Positions 42,445 to 55,769 of a stretch of DNA of 64,000 nucleotides are shown one piece after another. The DNA lies in the NCBI RefSeq assembly GCF_009914755.1, contig NC_060927.1, one strand, 5' to 3'. The translations under genes were made by a program, and so were the position numbers. The first letter of the stretch is position 1, and every line of letters starts with the position of its first letter. The notes beneath the pieces are model-generated. The model worked only from the letters and a program-made list of their open reading frames with translations. It was not told the DNA's origin and searched no databases. This DNA comes from the human T2T-CHM13v2.0 reference genome, Homo sapiens.

Positions 42445-44239
42445 TGTATTAGTCCATTTTCACACTGCTGATAAAGACAAACCTGAGACTGGGAAGAAAA
42501 AGAGGTTTAATTGGACTTACAGTTCCACATGGCTGGGGAGGCCTCAGAATCATGGCAGGAGGTGAAAGGCACTTCTTACATGGTGGTGGCAAGAGAAAAT
42601 GAGGAAGATGCAAAAGCAAGAGCCCATGATAAAACCATCAGATCTCATGAGACTTATTCACTACCACAAGGACAGTATACGGGAAACCACCCTCATGATT
42701 CAAATTATCTCTCACTGCGTCCCTCTCACAACATGTGAAAATTATGGGAGTTCAATTCAAGATGAGGTTTGGTTGGGGACACAGAGCCAAACCATATTAT
42801 TCCATCCCTGGCCCCTCCAAATCTCATGTTCTCACATTTCAAAACCAATTATTCCTTCCCAACAGCCTCCCAAAGTCTTAATTCATTTTAGCATTAACTC
42901 AAAAGTCCACAGTCCAAAGTCTCATCTGAGAAAAGGCAAGTCCCGTCCACCTATGAACCCATAAAATCAAAAGGAAGCTAGTTACTTCCTAGATGCAATG
43001 GGCATATAGGTATTGGGTAAATACAGTAGTTTCCAATGGGAGAAATTGGTGAAAACAAAGGGGTTACAGGGCCCATGAAAGTCCAAAATCCACCGGGCGA
43101 GTCAAATTCTAAAGCTCTAAAATGATCTCCTGTGACTCTGTATCTCACATCCACGTCATGCTGATGCAACAGGTAGGTTCCCATAATCTTGGGAAGCTCC
43201 ACCCCTGTGACCCCCCTCCTGGCTGCTCTCACAGGCTGGTGTTGAGTGTCTGTGGCTTTTCCAGGTGTACAGTGCAAGCTGTCAGTGGATCTACCACTCT
43301 GGGATCTGGAGGACAGTGGCCCTCTTCTCACAGCTCCACTACGTGGTGCCCCAGTAGGAACTCTGGGGGTGGGGGTGGGAGCTCTGATGATATTTCTTTC
43401 CCGCACTGCCCTAGCAGAGGTTCTCCATGAGGGCCCCTGCCCCTGCAGCAAAATTCTGCCTAGGCATCCAGGTGTTTCCATACATCTGAAATTTAGGTGG
43501 AGGTTCCGAAATCTCAGTTCTTTATTTCTGTGCACCTGCAGGCTTAACACCATGTGGAAGCTACCAAGGTTTGGGGCTTGCATCCTCTGAAACCATGGGC
43601 CAGGCTCTACCTTGGCCCTTTTTAGCAATGGCTGGAGAAGCTGGGATACAGAGCATCAAGTCCCTAGGCTGCAGACAGCATGGAGACCCTGGGCCTGGAC
43701 CACAAAACCATTTTGTCTTCCTAGGCTTCCATGTCTGTGATGAGAGGGGCTACCATGAAGACCTATGACATGCCCTGGAGACATTTTCCCCATTGTGTTG
43801 GGGATTAATATTTGGCTCCTTTTTATTTACGTAAATTTCTGCAGCCAGCTTGAATTTCTCCACAAAAATGGGCTTATCTTTTCTACTGCGTCGGGCTACA
43901 CATTTTCTGAACTTTTATGCTCTGTTTCCCTTTTAAAACAGAATGCTTTTAACAGCACGCGAGTCACTTTGAATGCTTTGCTGCTTAGAAATGTCCTCTG
44001 CCAGGTACCGTAAATCATCTCTCTCAAGTACAAAGTTACACAAATATCTAGGGCAAGGGCAAAATGCCACCAGTCTCTTTGCTAAAACATAAAAAGGGTC
44101 ACCTTTGCTCCAGTTCCTAACTAGTTCCTTATCTCATCTGAGACCACCTCAGCCTGGATATATTGTTCATATCACTATCAGCATTTTGGTCAAAGCCATT
44201 CAATAAGTCTCTAGGAGATTCTAAACCTTCCCACATTTT

Positions 44240-44285
<46 letters not shown>

Positions 44286-44758
44286 GTTTGTTTTTTTCTG
44301 AGCCCTCCAAATTGTTCCAACCTCTGCCTGATACCCAGTTCCAAAGTCAGTCCACTTTTTCAGGTATCTCTTCAGCAACACCCCACTCTACTGGTAACTA
44401 TTTACTTTATTAGTCTGTTTTCATGCTGCTGATAAAGACATACCCCAGACTCGGGAGAAAAAGAAATTTAATTGGACCTGCCATCCTACATGGCTTGGAG
44501 GCCTCAGAATCATGACGGGAGGCAAAAGGCACTTCTTTCATGGGGGCAGCAAGAAAAAATGAGGAAGATGCAAAAGCAGAAACCCCTGACAAAACTTTCA
44601 GATCTCATGAAACTTATTCACTATCATGAGAACAGTATGAGGAAACCTCCCCTATGATTCAAATTATCTCCCACTGAGTCCCTCCCACAACACGTGGGAA
44701 TTATGGGAGTACAATTCAAGATAAGATTTGGGTGGGGACACAGAGCCAAACCATATCA
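42445..44758 (-). mobile_element. Full-length THE1A (LTR 42445-42799, internal 42800-44405, LTR 44406-44758)
   Basis: Two direct-repeat LTRs with the THE1A signature 'gagaaaatgaggaagatgcaaaagc'; TSD ACATG/ATATG (4/5); internal (TG)n at 44242-44282. Confidence 0.95.
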
Positions 44759-47424
44759 ATATGTTTTATCTTTTGTTTATCTAATAGTATAGGTGTTTGC
44801 TTTTTTGTTATCATGAGGTTTATATCAAACATCTTTGAGTTATAACAAGCTATTTTAACCTAATAACTGTATAACTTTGTGTATTTAAAAAACCTCTAGG
44901 CATTTACTCCATTTCCCCAATAATTTATAATTTTGATGCCACAATTTACATCTTTTTTATTGTGTGTCTTTTAAAAGTTATTGCTGCCATTATTATTTTC
45001 ATATTTTTGTCTTTAAAAGTTTATACTAAAGATACAAGTGATTTACACATCACCGTTACAATATTAACATATTCTGAATTTAACCATGTACTTTTTTACC
45101 AGTGAGTTTTATACTTTCACGTAGTTTTGTGTTACTAACTAGCATTATTTTCTCTCATCTTGAAAAATTTCCTGTAGCATTTCTTGTAAGACAGGTCTGG
45201 TAGTGACGAACTCCTCAGCTTTCATTTGTCAGATAGTATTTATCTTTCCTTCATTTCTGAAGAAGATCTTTGCCAGGTAAAGCATTCTTAGTTGGCAGTT
45301 TTTTCATTTTTCTTTCTTTTTTTTTCCCCCTTCAGCACTTCGTATGTAACATCCCACGTCCCACCTGGTCTTTTTTTTTTTTTTTTTTTTTTTTTTCCTG
45401 AGAAGTCTGCTGTTAGCTTTATCAGAATTTTCTTTAATGTAATATGCTCTTTTTTTTTTTCTATTTCAAGAATATCTCTGCCTTTGATTTTTGTCAGTTT
45501 CATTATGATATGGCTTGGTGTAGTCTTGTTTGGGTTGAATTTGATTGGAGAAATTTGACCTTCCTGTATCTAGATATTTATACCTTTCCTCAAATTTGGA
45601 ACGCATTTTGCTGTTTTTATTTAAGTGACCTTTTTGTTTTATTGTTTCTCTCTTCTTCTTAAATGTTTATAATTGAATATTTGCTCTTTCCATGCTGTCC
45701 CCTAATCCAATAGCTATCTTCATTTTTTATTTTTTATTTTTTCTTCTCTGATTGCATATATTCAAATAACATATCTCCTAGTTCATAGCTTCTTTCTTCT
45801 GTTTTAACAATACTGATTTTGATGATTTCTGCTGCATTTTTTAATTTTTCATTTTATTTTTTAGCTCCATTTTTTTTTAACAGTTTTAGTATCTCTGTTA
45901 AATTTCTCTGGTCATTCATTATTACTTTTAAAAAATTTATTTTGAATTCTGCTGTATTTTCTTAAAGTTAGCTAATCTACCTTAAAATGATTATTTTTAA
46001 TTTTTTTTTCAGGTAGTTTGTATATTTCCATTTCTTTGGGATTGGTTACCTGAAAATTATTAGATTTTTTTTGGGTAGAGTTATGTCTCTTTGGTTTTTC
46101 ATGTTTCCTGTTGCCTTTCATTGATGTTGGTGCATTTGGTGGAACAGTCACCATTTTCAGACTTTACTAGCTCACTTTGTTACGAAAAGACATGCCACTC
46201 AAGGGTGCTGACTGGATGCAATACAGCAGTTCTGGCACCAGTGAGGATACAGCTTTATATGATCTCTGCTGTGCTGTCAGAGGAGTTCAGTGCTGATGAA
46301 TATCACAGGGATTCTCAGTAGCCATCGCTGTGGATGTCTGCAGTCGTGTTGAGGGTTTTTGGAATGTTCAGTGGGAATGAGGGCTGACATTCTGCAGACC
46401 TCTTTTACTCCCATGAGGGAAGTTGTCACTGACAGGACCCCTGTGGGCACTGGGTCTGGATTGCTAACCTAATCATATTGTGGTGGTACCATTGGAGCAG
46501 TCAAGAAGGTGAGACCTGAAGCAAGGGCACACTTGGAAAGGCTACAGCTCTTGGATATGTAGTAGTAATGCCACTATGTTTGGAGGTGAGGTGAGCATCC
46601 TTGTAAAGGAGTCAGAGAGCCAAGAAAGGAAACAGAGGCATGTGCATAATTTACAGTGACTTTAGGTTTTAAATGGAGTTTTGATCTCTGTGATGACTGA
46701 ACTGGTATTCAGCACACAGGCATGCTCAGAGACACATTGGCACCAAGACCCAGAGTACAAACTAGCTTGCTATGGTGATGGCTCTGGTTTCTGAGAGTTA
46801 GGCATTTGCTGTGCAGCTACAGAGCTCAGGTCTGAAGGGAGAGCATACGTTGGGTAGACACAGCTTGGGGTGGTCAGGGCGCATGTACATTTAGGAACAG
46901 TAGTGGCTCCTTTCCCAAAGTGGTTCAACAGAGGTTGATTCTAGAAGGAGGTTATAGTTGTATATCCCTCCCTGTGATTTCATAGTAGAATGGTTGTTGG
47001 TTACCTCAGTGGCATAAGATACCAATATTCTCTGTGGATCAAGACTCAGAAGACCACAATGGCTCCCACTGCATGGCTGCTACTGATAGCCTCTATTTTT
47101 CTTCTTTTTTACTAACCATCTGGCACTGCAAGAATAATGAGCTCTCTAGAGTTTCTTTTGGTGTGAATATTCTGGGGTTTGTTTGGTTGGTTGTTTTTCT
47201 ACACTGTGTTGCTGCATATTCATTAATGGGCTTCTGAGCCTTCTCAGGGCTAATTTCATTTGTGGATAGCTATACTTCTTCTTCTTTATTATTATTATTT
47301 TTTTTTGTAGGGAGGTGAAGGCTGGTATCTCCAAATCTACTATCTTGGTGACTTCACTCTCTCAATAGCATTTTTATATGCTGACAATAAACACACAGAA
47401 ACTAAAAATTAAAAACAAAATACC

Positions 47425-47707
47425 AGCTGAGTATAGTGGTGCACACCTGTAATCACAGCACTTTGGGTGGCCAAGGCAGGAGGGTTGCCTGAGCTCAGGA
47501 GTTCGAGATAAGCCTGAGCAACATAGGGAGTCCACATCTCTATCAAAAATAATAATAAATTAACCAGGCATGGTGGCATGTGCCTGTAGTCCAACCTACT
47601 CAGAAGGTTGAGGTGGAAGCATAGATTGCTTGAGCCTGGGAGGTCAAGGCTGCAGTGAACCATGATTGCACCATTGCACAGAGCCTCGTTGAGCAAAACT
47701 GTCAAAA
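47425..47707 (+). mobile_element. AluJ
   Basis: 'gattgcttgagcctgggaggtcaaggctgcagtgaaccatgattgcacc'. Confidence 0.9.
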
Positions 47708-47914
47708 GAAAGAAAAGAAAAGAATAGAACAGAAAGAAAATGAAATAAAAAAAAGAAAAGAGAAAGAAAGAAAAGAAAGAAAGAAAGAAAGAGAAGAAAG
47801 GAAAGGAAAGGAAGGGAAAGGAAAGGAAAGGAAAGGAAAGGAAAGGAAAGGAAAGGAAAGGAAAGGAAAGGAAAGGAAAAGAAAGGAAAAGAGGAAAAGA
47901 AAGGAAAGGAGAAA
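47704..47914. repeat. (GAAA)n/(GGAAA)n polypurine tract derived from the Alu tail
   Basis: Visible directly. Confidence 0.92.
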
Positions 47915-49160
47915 CACACTTGCAGTTGTTCCCATCCTCCCCAAAATACTTAGGTAGACACTTAGCAAAACATATATAGAATCTGTATATGAAAATTATA
48001 AAATACTGATGAAAGAAATAAACAAAACCTAAGTAACCTGAGAATAAATTGTGTCTGTGTATTGGAAGATTCAACATTATAAAGATGTCAGTTATTTCCA
48101 ATTTGACTAGAGTTTTGATGCAATACCTACCAAAATTCACAGATTTTTGAATACATATATAAGCTTATTTTTCAATTTGGAAAGATGAAAGATCTGGAAT
48201 AGCTAAAACAAAAAAAAGAAGAAGAATATAGTTGTGAGAATTACTCTATCAGATAATTTTTTAAAAGCAGTAAAAGCAATTCAAATAAAAAAGGATACCC
48301 TTTTCAACAAATGCTGCTGGAGTAATTGGACATTCATAGGTAAAAATATGAAGTTCTACCTAAATCTCAGACTTTATACAAAAATTAACTCAAAATGGGC
48401 TACAAACTTAAATGGAAAATGTAACTATTAGAAAAAAAATACATAGATGAAAACTACGGTAAACTATGGCAAATCCAAGAGTTCTTAGACTTATCATTCA
48501 AAGCATAATCCATAAAATAAAAAAAATTGTTTAATTTGACCCCATGAATATCATAAATTCTGGCTCTGTGGACAGCCATGTGAAGAGGATAAAAAAACAA
48601 GCTACTGACTGGAAGAAAATACATTCAAATTACATATCTAACAAAGAACTAATATCTAAAACGTATAAAAACCTCCCAAAACTCAACAGTTAAAAATAAT
48701 CCAATAAGAAAATAAGCAGAATATGAGACCAGACATTCCATTGACAAGGGTAAAACTGCTGACCAATAAGCACACAAAAAAATGTTCAACATCATTAGCC
48801 ATTTGAAAAATGCAAATCAAAAACATAAAGGATGTTACTATACATTTAGAAGAATTGCAAAATAAAAAATAATGACAATAACAAATGTTGTCATGGATTT
48901 GGAAAAACTGAATCCCTCATGCATTGCTGATGGGAATATAAAATACTATAGCCTAAAAATGTTATACCCTGAAAAACAGAAGTTTCAGATAAAACTAAAC
49001 ACACAATTTCCATTCAGCTCAGTAATTACACTCTTGGACATTTATTTCAGAAAAAATTAAATTCAAGTTCACACAAAAACATGTACATGAATGTTTTTGA
49101 TAACTTTATTCATAAGAGCCAAAAATTTATAAAAACATAATCAGCTCATATATACTTCGG

Positions 49161-49312
49161 TCTTTTTTTATTGGGGGTTGGGGGAGACAGGGTCTCACTC
49201 CATCACCTGAGCTAAAGTGCAGTGGCAGGATCATAGCTCACTGCAACCTGAAATTTCTGGGCTCAAGCAATCCTCCTACTGAAAGTACAAGCATGTGACA
49301 CCATATCCTGTT
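49161..49312 (-). mobile_element. AluJ right-monomer/FRAM-like fragment
   Basis: 'gagacagggtctcactc...gcagtggcaggatcatagctcactgcaacc...gggctcaagcaatcctcct'. Confidence 0.8.
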
Positions 49313-49647
49313 TTTCACAGTTTCCTATTACAGAAACTGTGTAAATATATGCCATGAAATACTACTTAACAATGCAAAAAGGGGCTATTCAGGTATACTA
49401 CAACTTGTATAAATCTGCCAGAAATTATACTGAGTGAACATATCATTCATAAAGACACCTGATTTACTAAGGAATTCAGCCTTGACTTTCATCTTCAGGC
49501 CAGAGTTTAAATATGAAGAACTTTTAATACATGAACTGAGAGCTGAACAATATATGACTTAAAATTATGCTTGATTTATAATCTTCATTCATATTATTAA
49601 AATTGTCATGAATGAAAAATTTAATATATATACATATATATTTAATC

Positions 49648-49797
49648 ATTGCTATTCTAAGTATGATGCTAGGTTCAGCTGCAGTGATATCATCTGAAAG
49701 CTTACTGGAAATGCAGAAGATTGTGCTCCATCCAAAGGCTAACTAATCAGAATCTTCATTTTGCAAGACTATACTTTAACTTTTGAGCATCTCTGCT
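49648..49797. mobile_element. MER5A-like DNA transposon remnant
   Basis: 'catctgaaagcttactggaaatgcaga...aatcagaatcttcattt'. Confidence 0.6.
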
Positions 49798-49827
49798 CTA
49801 GAGTAATAACATAAAGTGAAAGACGAG

Positions 49828-50836
49828 TAAAAGAAACATTTCTCCAAACATCATATGAAAATTGTCAATAAGTACATGAAAAGATGCTCAAAAACACTAA
49901 AGAAAATGAAATTTCAAACCACAATGAAATATCCCCTCATAATTAGTAGGATGGTTACTGTAAGAAACAAACAAATAAACATACAAATAGCAACAAAACA
50001 TAAAATAAATGTTGGTGAGGATGTGCAGAAATTGGAAATTTTGTGCACTGTAGAAGGGATTGTAAACTTGTGCAGCCACTGTGAAATTTGGTATGACAAT
50101 TCCTCAAAAAATGAAAAATAGCATTTCTATAAGATCAAGCAATATTACTTCTGAATAGTTTAAAACAGTATATTGAAGCTTAATAGCAGTGGTATTCACA
50201 ATAGCCAAGAGGTAAAAGCACCCAAAATGTCCACTGATAAATGAATGGATAAACAAAATGGGGTATGAATGTGTATGTGTGTGTGTGTGTGTGTGAGAGA
50301 TATGTGTGTGAGATATATATATACACATTTATATGTATATGTATATTTTCTGATTCCACTTACATGAGGTTTATAATATAGTCAAAATCATAAAAATAGA
50401 AAGTAGAATGGTGATAAGCAAGGGCTAGTGTGGGAGAAATAGGTATACCTATAAATTTGTGTATTTAAGTATATGTATGTATACTTAATAAAATATTATT
50501 TGACCTGAAAAAAGAAGAAAAGCGTATCACATGCTACAACATAAATGAACCTTAAGGATGTTATGCTAAGTGAAGTCAATCAGTCACAAAGCGACAAATA
50601 TTATCTGATTCCACTTACATGAGGTTTCTAGTGGTCAAAATCATAGAAACAGAAAGTAGAATGGTGATAACCAAAGGCTAGCGTGGGAGAGAAGGAGTTG
50701 TTTACTGGGCATAGAGTTTAAGTTCTGGAGATTGATTGCACACCAATGTAAATGTACTGAACACTACTGAACTGTACACTTAAAAGTTGTTAAGATGGCA
50801 AATTTTATGTTGTGTATTTTTACCACAATAAAAAAT
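49828..50836 (+). mobile_element. L1MB-like 3' end
   Basis: 'aatgttggtgaggatgtgcagaaattgg'; terminal 'cactactgaactgtacacttaaaagttgttaagatggcaaattttatgttgtgtatttttaccacaataaaaaa'. Confidence 0.85.
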
Positions 50837-51191
50837 GTGAAATCTGCATACACAAATATTGAAAAATGTTGGCATAATCTTTGTTATTCAAAAGGAAAAA
50901 TACAAACAAGAAATAAAACAAAATATAAAAAACTAAAATACCTTCTAGAATCTGGTCACAATCAATCTTGACTACATCATCTCCCACATTTACATATTAA
51001 TATTTTATTTTAGTCAATATTTTATACATTAATATGCAACCACCTTAATGTTCCTTCATCCTCATCCTTAGTGGAGATGATGACTCTCAACTCAATTGTA
51101 TTTTGTTTATGATACATTATAAATCATTGTGCTTGAATTAGTCTTCCCACTTTTTATAGTAGGAATCAGGTCTTATTAATAATTATATATT

Positions 51192-51527
<336 letters not shown>

Positions 51528-51697
51528 TTAACATATGGTATATAGTAGGTTTTCTGTGCTAATTAAATTAATAGAAACACTACTACTTCAGAACCTTTGA
51601 CCATGCATTTCTCTGTGTGAAACACACACAGGTATATGCACACATGCCATGTGCATGCATAAACATACACAAATTCACATATGTACATGCACATACC

Positions 51698-52069
51698 TAA
51701 TGTGTATGTCCCCTCCAAAATACATGTTTAAACTTAATCCCCATTGTGCTGGGGCCGTTTAGGAAGTGAATGTCATGAAGGCTCCACCCTCATGAATAAA
51801 TCAATACCTTATATTATAAAAGAAGCTTCAGAGAGAGTTTGTGTCTCTTGTTCTTCCACTCTCTGCCTTGTGGGGACACACCCCTCCTTCCCTCCAGAGC
51901 ATGCAGCAACAAGGTGTCATCTTGGAAACAGCAGTCCTCATCAGACACCAAATATTAGTGCCTGGCCTTGGACTTCCCAGTTTTCAGGACTTTGAAAAAT
52001 AAGCGTCTAGTATTTTTAAATTACCTAGTCTATGGTATTTTGTTATAGTAACATAAACTGACTAAGGTA
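51698..52069 (+). mobile_element. MSTD-like MaLR solo LTR
   Basis: 'ccctccagagcatgcagcaacaaggtgtcatcttggaa...ggtattttgttatagtaacataaactgactaag'. Confidence 0.8.
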
Positions 52070-52660
52070 ACACCCACACTGTATTCCTTATCTAGCAAAA
52101 TCCTACAAATTTGTTAACAGCTCGATTGAATTTGATTTTCTTCCCTAATTGTTTTGGCCCCGGAATGTGTCTAATTTTTTCAAATTCTTACTATCATTGT
52201 GATACTACTGCAAGCTGATGACATCACCATTTATATGTTTATTTCTGTATAGCTTATTTTTAAAAGGGGATGGTGGGAAACTATTATTTCTAAGTTTCCA
52301 CCTGGCTCCTAGGTGAATTATATGATCCAATTACTCCCTCATATATAGAAATAAATATAGATTTTCATTTAGAATTCAATTAAGATGTTCAGTTTAATTT
52401 TAGTTAATTAATTGATTCATTGATAGATTATATATGATATTCTTTGCAATACAGCAAATACAAGTTATTTACAATGTTTTGGAATAAACCCACTGAAGGG
52501 TGAACTTATGGATTCACTGAAATTTTGCTTTCATTCAGGATCCAGAGAATCATGGCCGTTTTATTTCTAGTTAGGCTTTTAAGAAAGGAAAGACTCATTG
52601 CTCAGAGATACCATTTTCCAAACAACCGTGACATGCTGGTTTTTGCTAGTGGACTGATTT

Positions 52661-53236
52661 TGAGAGGTGAAGCTGGCTGGGCTTCTGGGTCACGTGGGGA
52701 CTTGGAGAACTTTTCTGTCTAGCTAAAGGATTGTAAATGCACCAATCAGCACTCTGTGTCTAGCTAAAGGTTTGTAAACACACCAATCAGCACTCTGTCA
52801 AAATGGACCAATTAGCACTCTGTAAAATGGACCAATCAGCTCTCTGTAAAATGGACCAATCAGCAGGATGTGGGTGGTGTCAAATAAGGGAATAAAAGCA
52901 GACCACCCAAGCCAGCCGCAGGTTACCAGTGCTGTCTCCTTCCACGTTGTAGGAGCTTTGTTCTTTTGCTCTTTGCAATAAATCTTGCTGCTGCTCGCGG
53001 TTTGGGTCCACGCTGCATTTATGAGCTGTAACACTCACTGTGAAGGTCTGCAGCTTCACTCCTGAAGTCAGCTGAGACCATGAACCCACCAGAAGGAAGA
53101 AACTTCCGACACGTCCGAACATCAGAAGGAACAAACTCCGGACACACCATCTTTAAGAACTGTAACACTCACCGCGAGGGTCCGTGGCTTCATTCTTGAA
53201 GCCAGAGAGACCAAGAACCCACCAATTCCGGACACA
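52661..53236 (+). mobile_element. LTR12-family (ERV9) solo LTR, LTR12F-like
   Basis: 'tgagaggtgaagctggctgggcttctggg...ccaattccggacaca'; 4-bp TSD ATTT at 52657-52660 and 53237-53240. Confidence 0.93.
52742..52897 (+). promoter_or_regulatory. LTR12 U3 promoter: five CCAAT boxes plus AATAAAA TATA-like box
   Basis: CCAAT at 52742, 52783, 52808, 52832 and 52856, then 'gggaataaaagc'. Activity cannot be shown from sequence. Confidence 0.6.
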
Positions 53237-53847
53237 ATTTCACAAAAGACACCTCCAAGGAGTTATTTTTGGTAAAACGAACAACACAGCAGCATAACTT
53301 TGTGCTTCTCAATCCCACTAGCAAAATACTTTACTCAATAAAATGGGCAAATTAGGATTCAAAAGTCCATAGCATTGCAGTGAACTATCAAGGCTAAAAT
53401 GACTCAATTGTGTAACAACGTTTATGCGAGGACAAGACTCGGATTGGTAAATTAATTTATAGCTTTGCCCTTTTCTTATTTTTGCATGGTTAATTCTTGT
53501 CAATATTAAATTACAGAGGATTTTGTGCTTAATTAATGTGAGGATAAGCTCATCATTGTTTCCATGGAATAAATCTGGTTAGAATGATGATTTTCTGACG
53601 TGAGTTTAATATATGCTAATATTACTAACATTTCCATAAATTGCTTTTAAATATCACTGATAATAAATTTAAAATATTTTATTACATATTGAATCATAAA
53701 AATGGTTTTTTTAATCATGGGAAAATATATTAATAAAGCATAAACATTTTTATCCATTGTAGAAAGTTAGATTCCTATGTTTCATGGCTAAAATCATTAT
53801 CGGCAGCAGCAGTAACAGCAGCAGCATCTTTATTTTATCATCATCTT

Positions 53848-53997
53848 TGTTATTCAAAGTATGGTCTTTGGACTAGCAACATCAGAGCCACTTGAAAGCT
53901 TTTTAAAAGTGATTAACCTCAGTTCTTACCCCAGCCTTCTGAAATCTAGTAAACTCCCTAGATGATTTGCATTTACATTAAATTTTGAGAAGACCAA
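53848..53997. mobile_element. MER5A DNA transposon remnant
   Basis: 'ttcaaagtatggtctttggactagcaacatcag...ctccctagatgatttgcatttacattaaattttgagaa'. Confidence 0.7.
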
Positions 53998-54951
53998 CTA
54001 TCATGATCATCATCATAAACATCCGTCAGTTTGCTACAATAAAGCTTCTGTGCACTTTTAAGTGTTTTTCATTTATTTTGTTTGTTGTTTTGCATCCACT
54101 ATATCATATGATGTGCTCCAAGGGGGCAGATAATATGTATCACTTATAAAATGAAATGGCATTGTAATAATAAATATCAACTATTTTGGTATCCTAAAAG
54201 TAGTGAATACCCATCCTATGAACTGTTCTCCAGCTTAAGGTATAAGCAACAACATGAAGAGGTTGTCGGAATACAGATATTAGATTGGTGGGGTTTGGCT
54301 GAGCTTGCAATTCTCTTGCCTTCCTCCTATTTTTATGGATCTAATGTAAACCTGATATCATTTATGAGACTAGTTTCCCTACTGCAGAATATAATTATTT
54401 CAGGGTTCAGTGTTAGCCTCAATTATACGTGGGATGTGCACTTAGCAGAACATTAAAATAATCAGACTTGGTAAGAGGCAATCCATGTTGAGCTCTTTTG
54501 TAAGCTGCATCTCTGCCATCATGGCCCCTTTGCATGTAAGTCCACTGAGAAGGCACCTACGTTTCTGAGAAAATAAAGAGGCTGATTTACTGCATAATCC
54601 ATGATGTCATCTTCTGCATAGGATGCAATGTTATAATTTATCTTAGACACAAACCTCTTACTCTGTCTAAAATTTGAAAAATACATCTATATATCTTTTT
54701 CCCTTACCAACTTATTACCAATTTTCCAATCTTTTCAAATCCATGACATGGAGAAAAATTATTACTCAGTGTCCACGAAACTATAAATAACTACATATCT
54801 CTCCCTTTATCAGCCCTAAACCAAATATAATCTTAGAAGTTTTGGCTACTGAGAAGATTTTCTTGCCTTTATCTTTAAGGACTATACCTGAAAGTGATGA
54901 TATTTTGGCAGTCTACTTCTAAATCACACAAAACAGTTGGGCAAAGCCATG

Positions 54952-55769
54952 TGTGTTAGGCAAAAGAAAAACCTCCAAATACATTCACATTCTCATTTAG
55001 AGAATTCGTCAATACATTATGCTACATGGTATATATGCCATTTTACACCACTCTAACAAAGTACTATAGACTCAGTGGCTTAAACAACAAACATTTCTCA
55101 CAGTTCTGGAGACTAGGGAGTTTAAGATCAAGACACCAGACCATTTGGTTGTCTGGGGAGGGCTCATTTCGTGGTTCATAGAATGCCTTCTTCTTGTTGT
55201 ATCCTCACATGGCAGAAAAGAGGCCAAAGAAGTCTTTAGGTTGTTTTTCTAAGGGTACTAATTTCATTCATAAAGGCTCTACCCTCAACTAATTTTATCT
55301 CCCAAACCTTACCTACCTCCTAATACCATCAAACTGGGACTTAGCATTTTTACATATGAATTTTGGGTGACACAACGTTCAGTCCATTGCACTTGGCAAG
55401 GTAGAATTAAGATCACATACATACTTAAGCTTGTTATTCAGCTTTTCTTGAGATTAGAAGAGTATATTGGATTGTGCAAGTAGGTCTAGTATAATCACAA
55501 TGGTCATAAGAGAAAGGGTGGAACAAGATGGTCACAGTCAGAGAGATTTTAAATACTATGCTGCTCTGCTGATTTTGAAGATGGAGCAAGAGACCATGAG
55601 CCAAGGAATGTAGAAGTCCTCTAGAACCTGGAAGAGACAAAGAAATACATTCTTACCTGAAGCTTCCAGAAGAAACAAACTCTGCAGACACTTTTAGTCC
55701 AGGGAGAACAATTTCGAACGTCTCCAGCACTGTAAAATAACAAATTTGTGTTGTTTTAGGCCACTATGA
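54952..55769 (+). mobile_element. MLT1D-like LTR split by an MLT1A insertion
   Basis: 'tgtgttaggcaaaa...acatgg' resumes at 'cttggcaagg...ccatgagccaaggaatgtagaagtcctctagaacctgga'. Confidence 0.75.
55030..55391 (-). mobile_element. MLT1A-like LTR nested in MLT1D
   Basis: 'gtggcttaaacaacaaacatttctcacagttctggag...ttcagtccattgca'; TSD CATGG/CTTGG (4/5). Confidence 0.85.

Larger units (their letters stand above)
40145..47361 (-). mobile_element. Long L1MA-like element (5' region, ORF1, part of ORF2, part of 3' UTR), interrupted by Tigger2a and THE1A
   Basis: Antisense L1 3' UTR 40145-40375; ORF2 41030-42440; ORF1-like sequence 45130-46150 (minus-strand peptide 'NPKEMEIYKLPEK'); GC-richer 5' region to about 47360. 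Boundaries approximate. Confidence 0.75.
47362..49440 (+). mobile_element. Old L1 (L1MC/MD-like) ORF2 to 3' region, probable continuation of 38500-39195
   Basis: 'tcaatagcatttttatatgc', 'aaaattataaaatactgatgaaagaaat', peptide 'KDTLFNKCCWSNW'. Confidence 0.75.

Noticed and set aside
42978-43628. 216-aa ORF as a gene
   Set aside because: Lies wholly within the THE1A internal region; neighbouring frames are disrupted.
47409-48140. 243-aa ORF with FLSFP repeats and overlapping K/E/R-rich ORFs
   Set aside because: Translation of the GGAAA tract, antisense Alu and L1.
52715-52865. Regularly spaced direct repeats resembling a CRISPR array
   Set aside because: These are the standard CCAAT-containing tandem units of LTR12; there are no unique spacers and no cas genes, and the context is primate.
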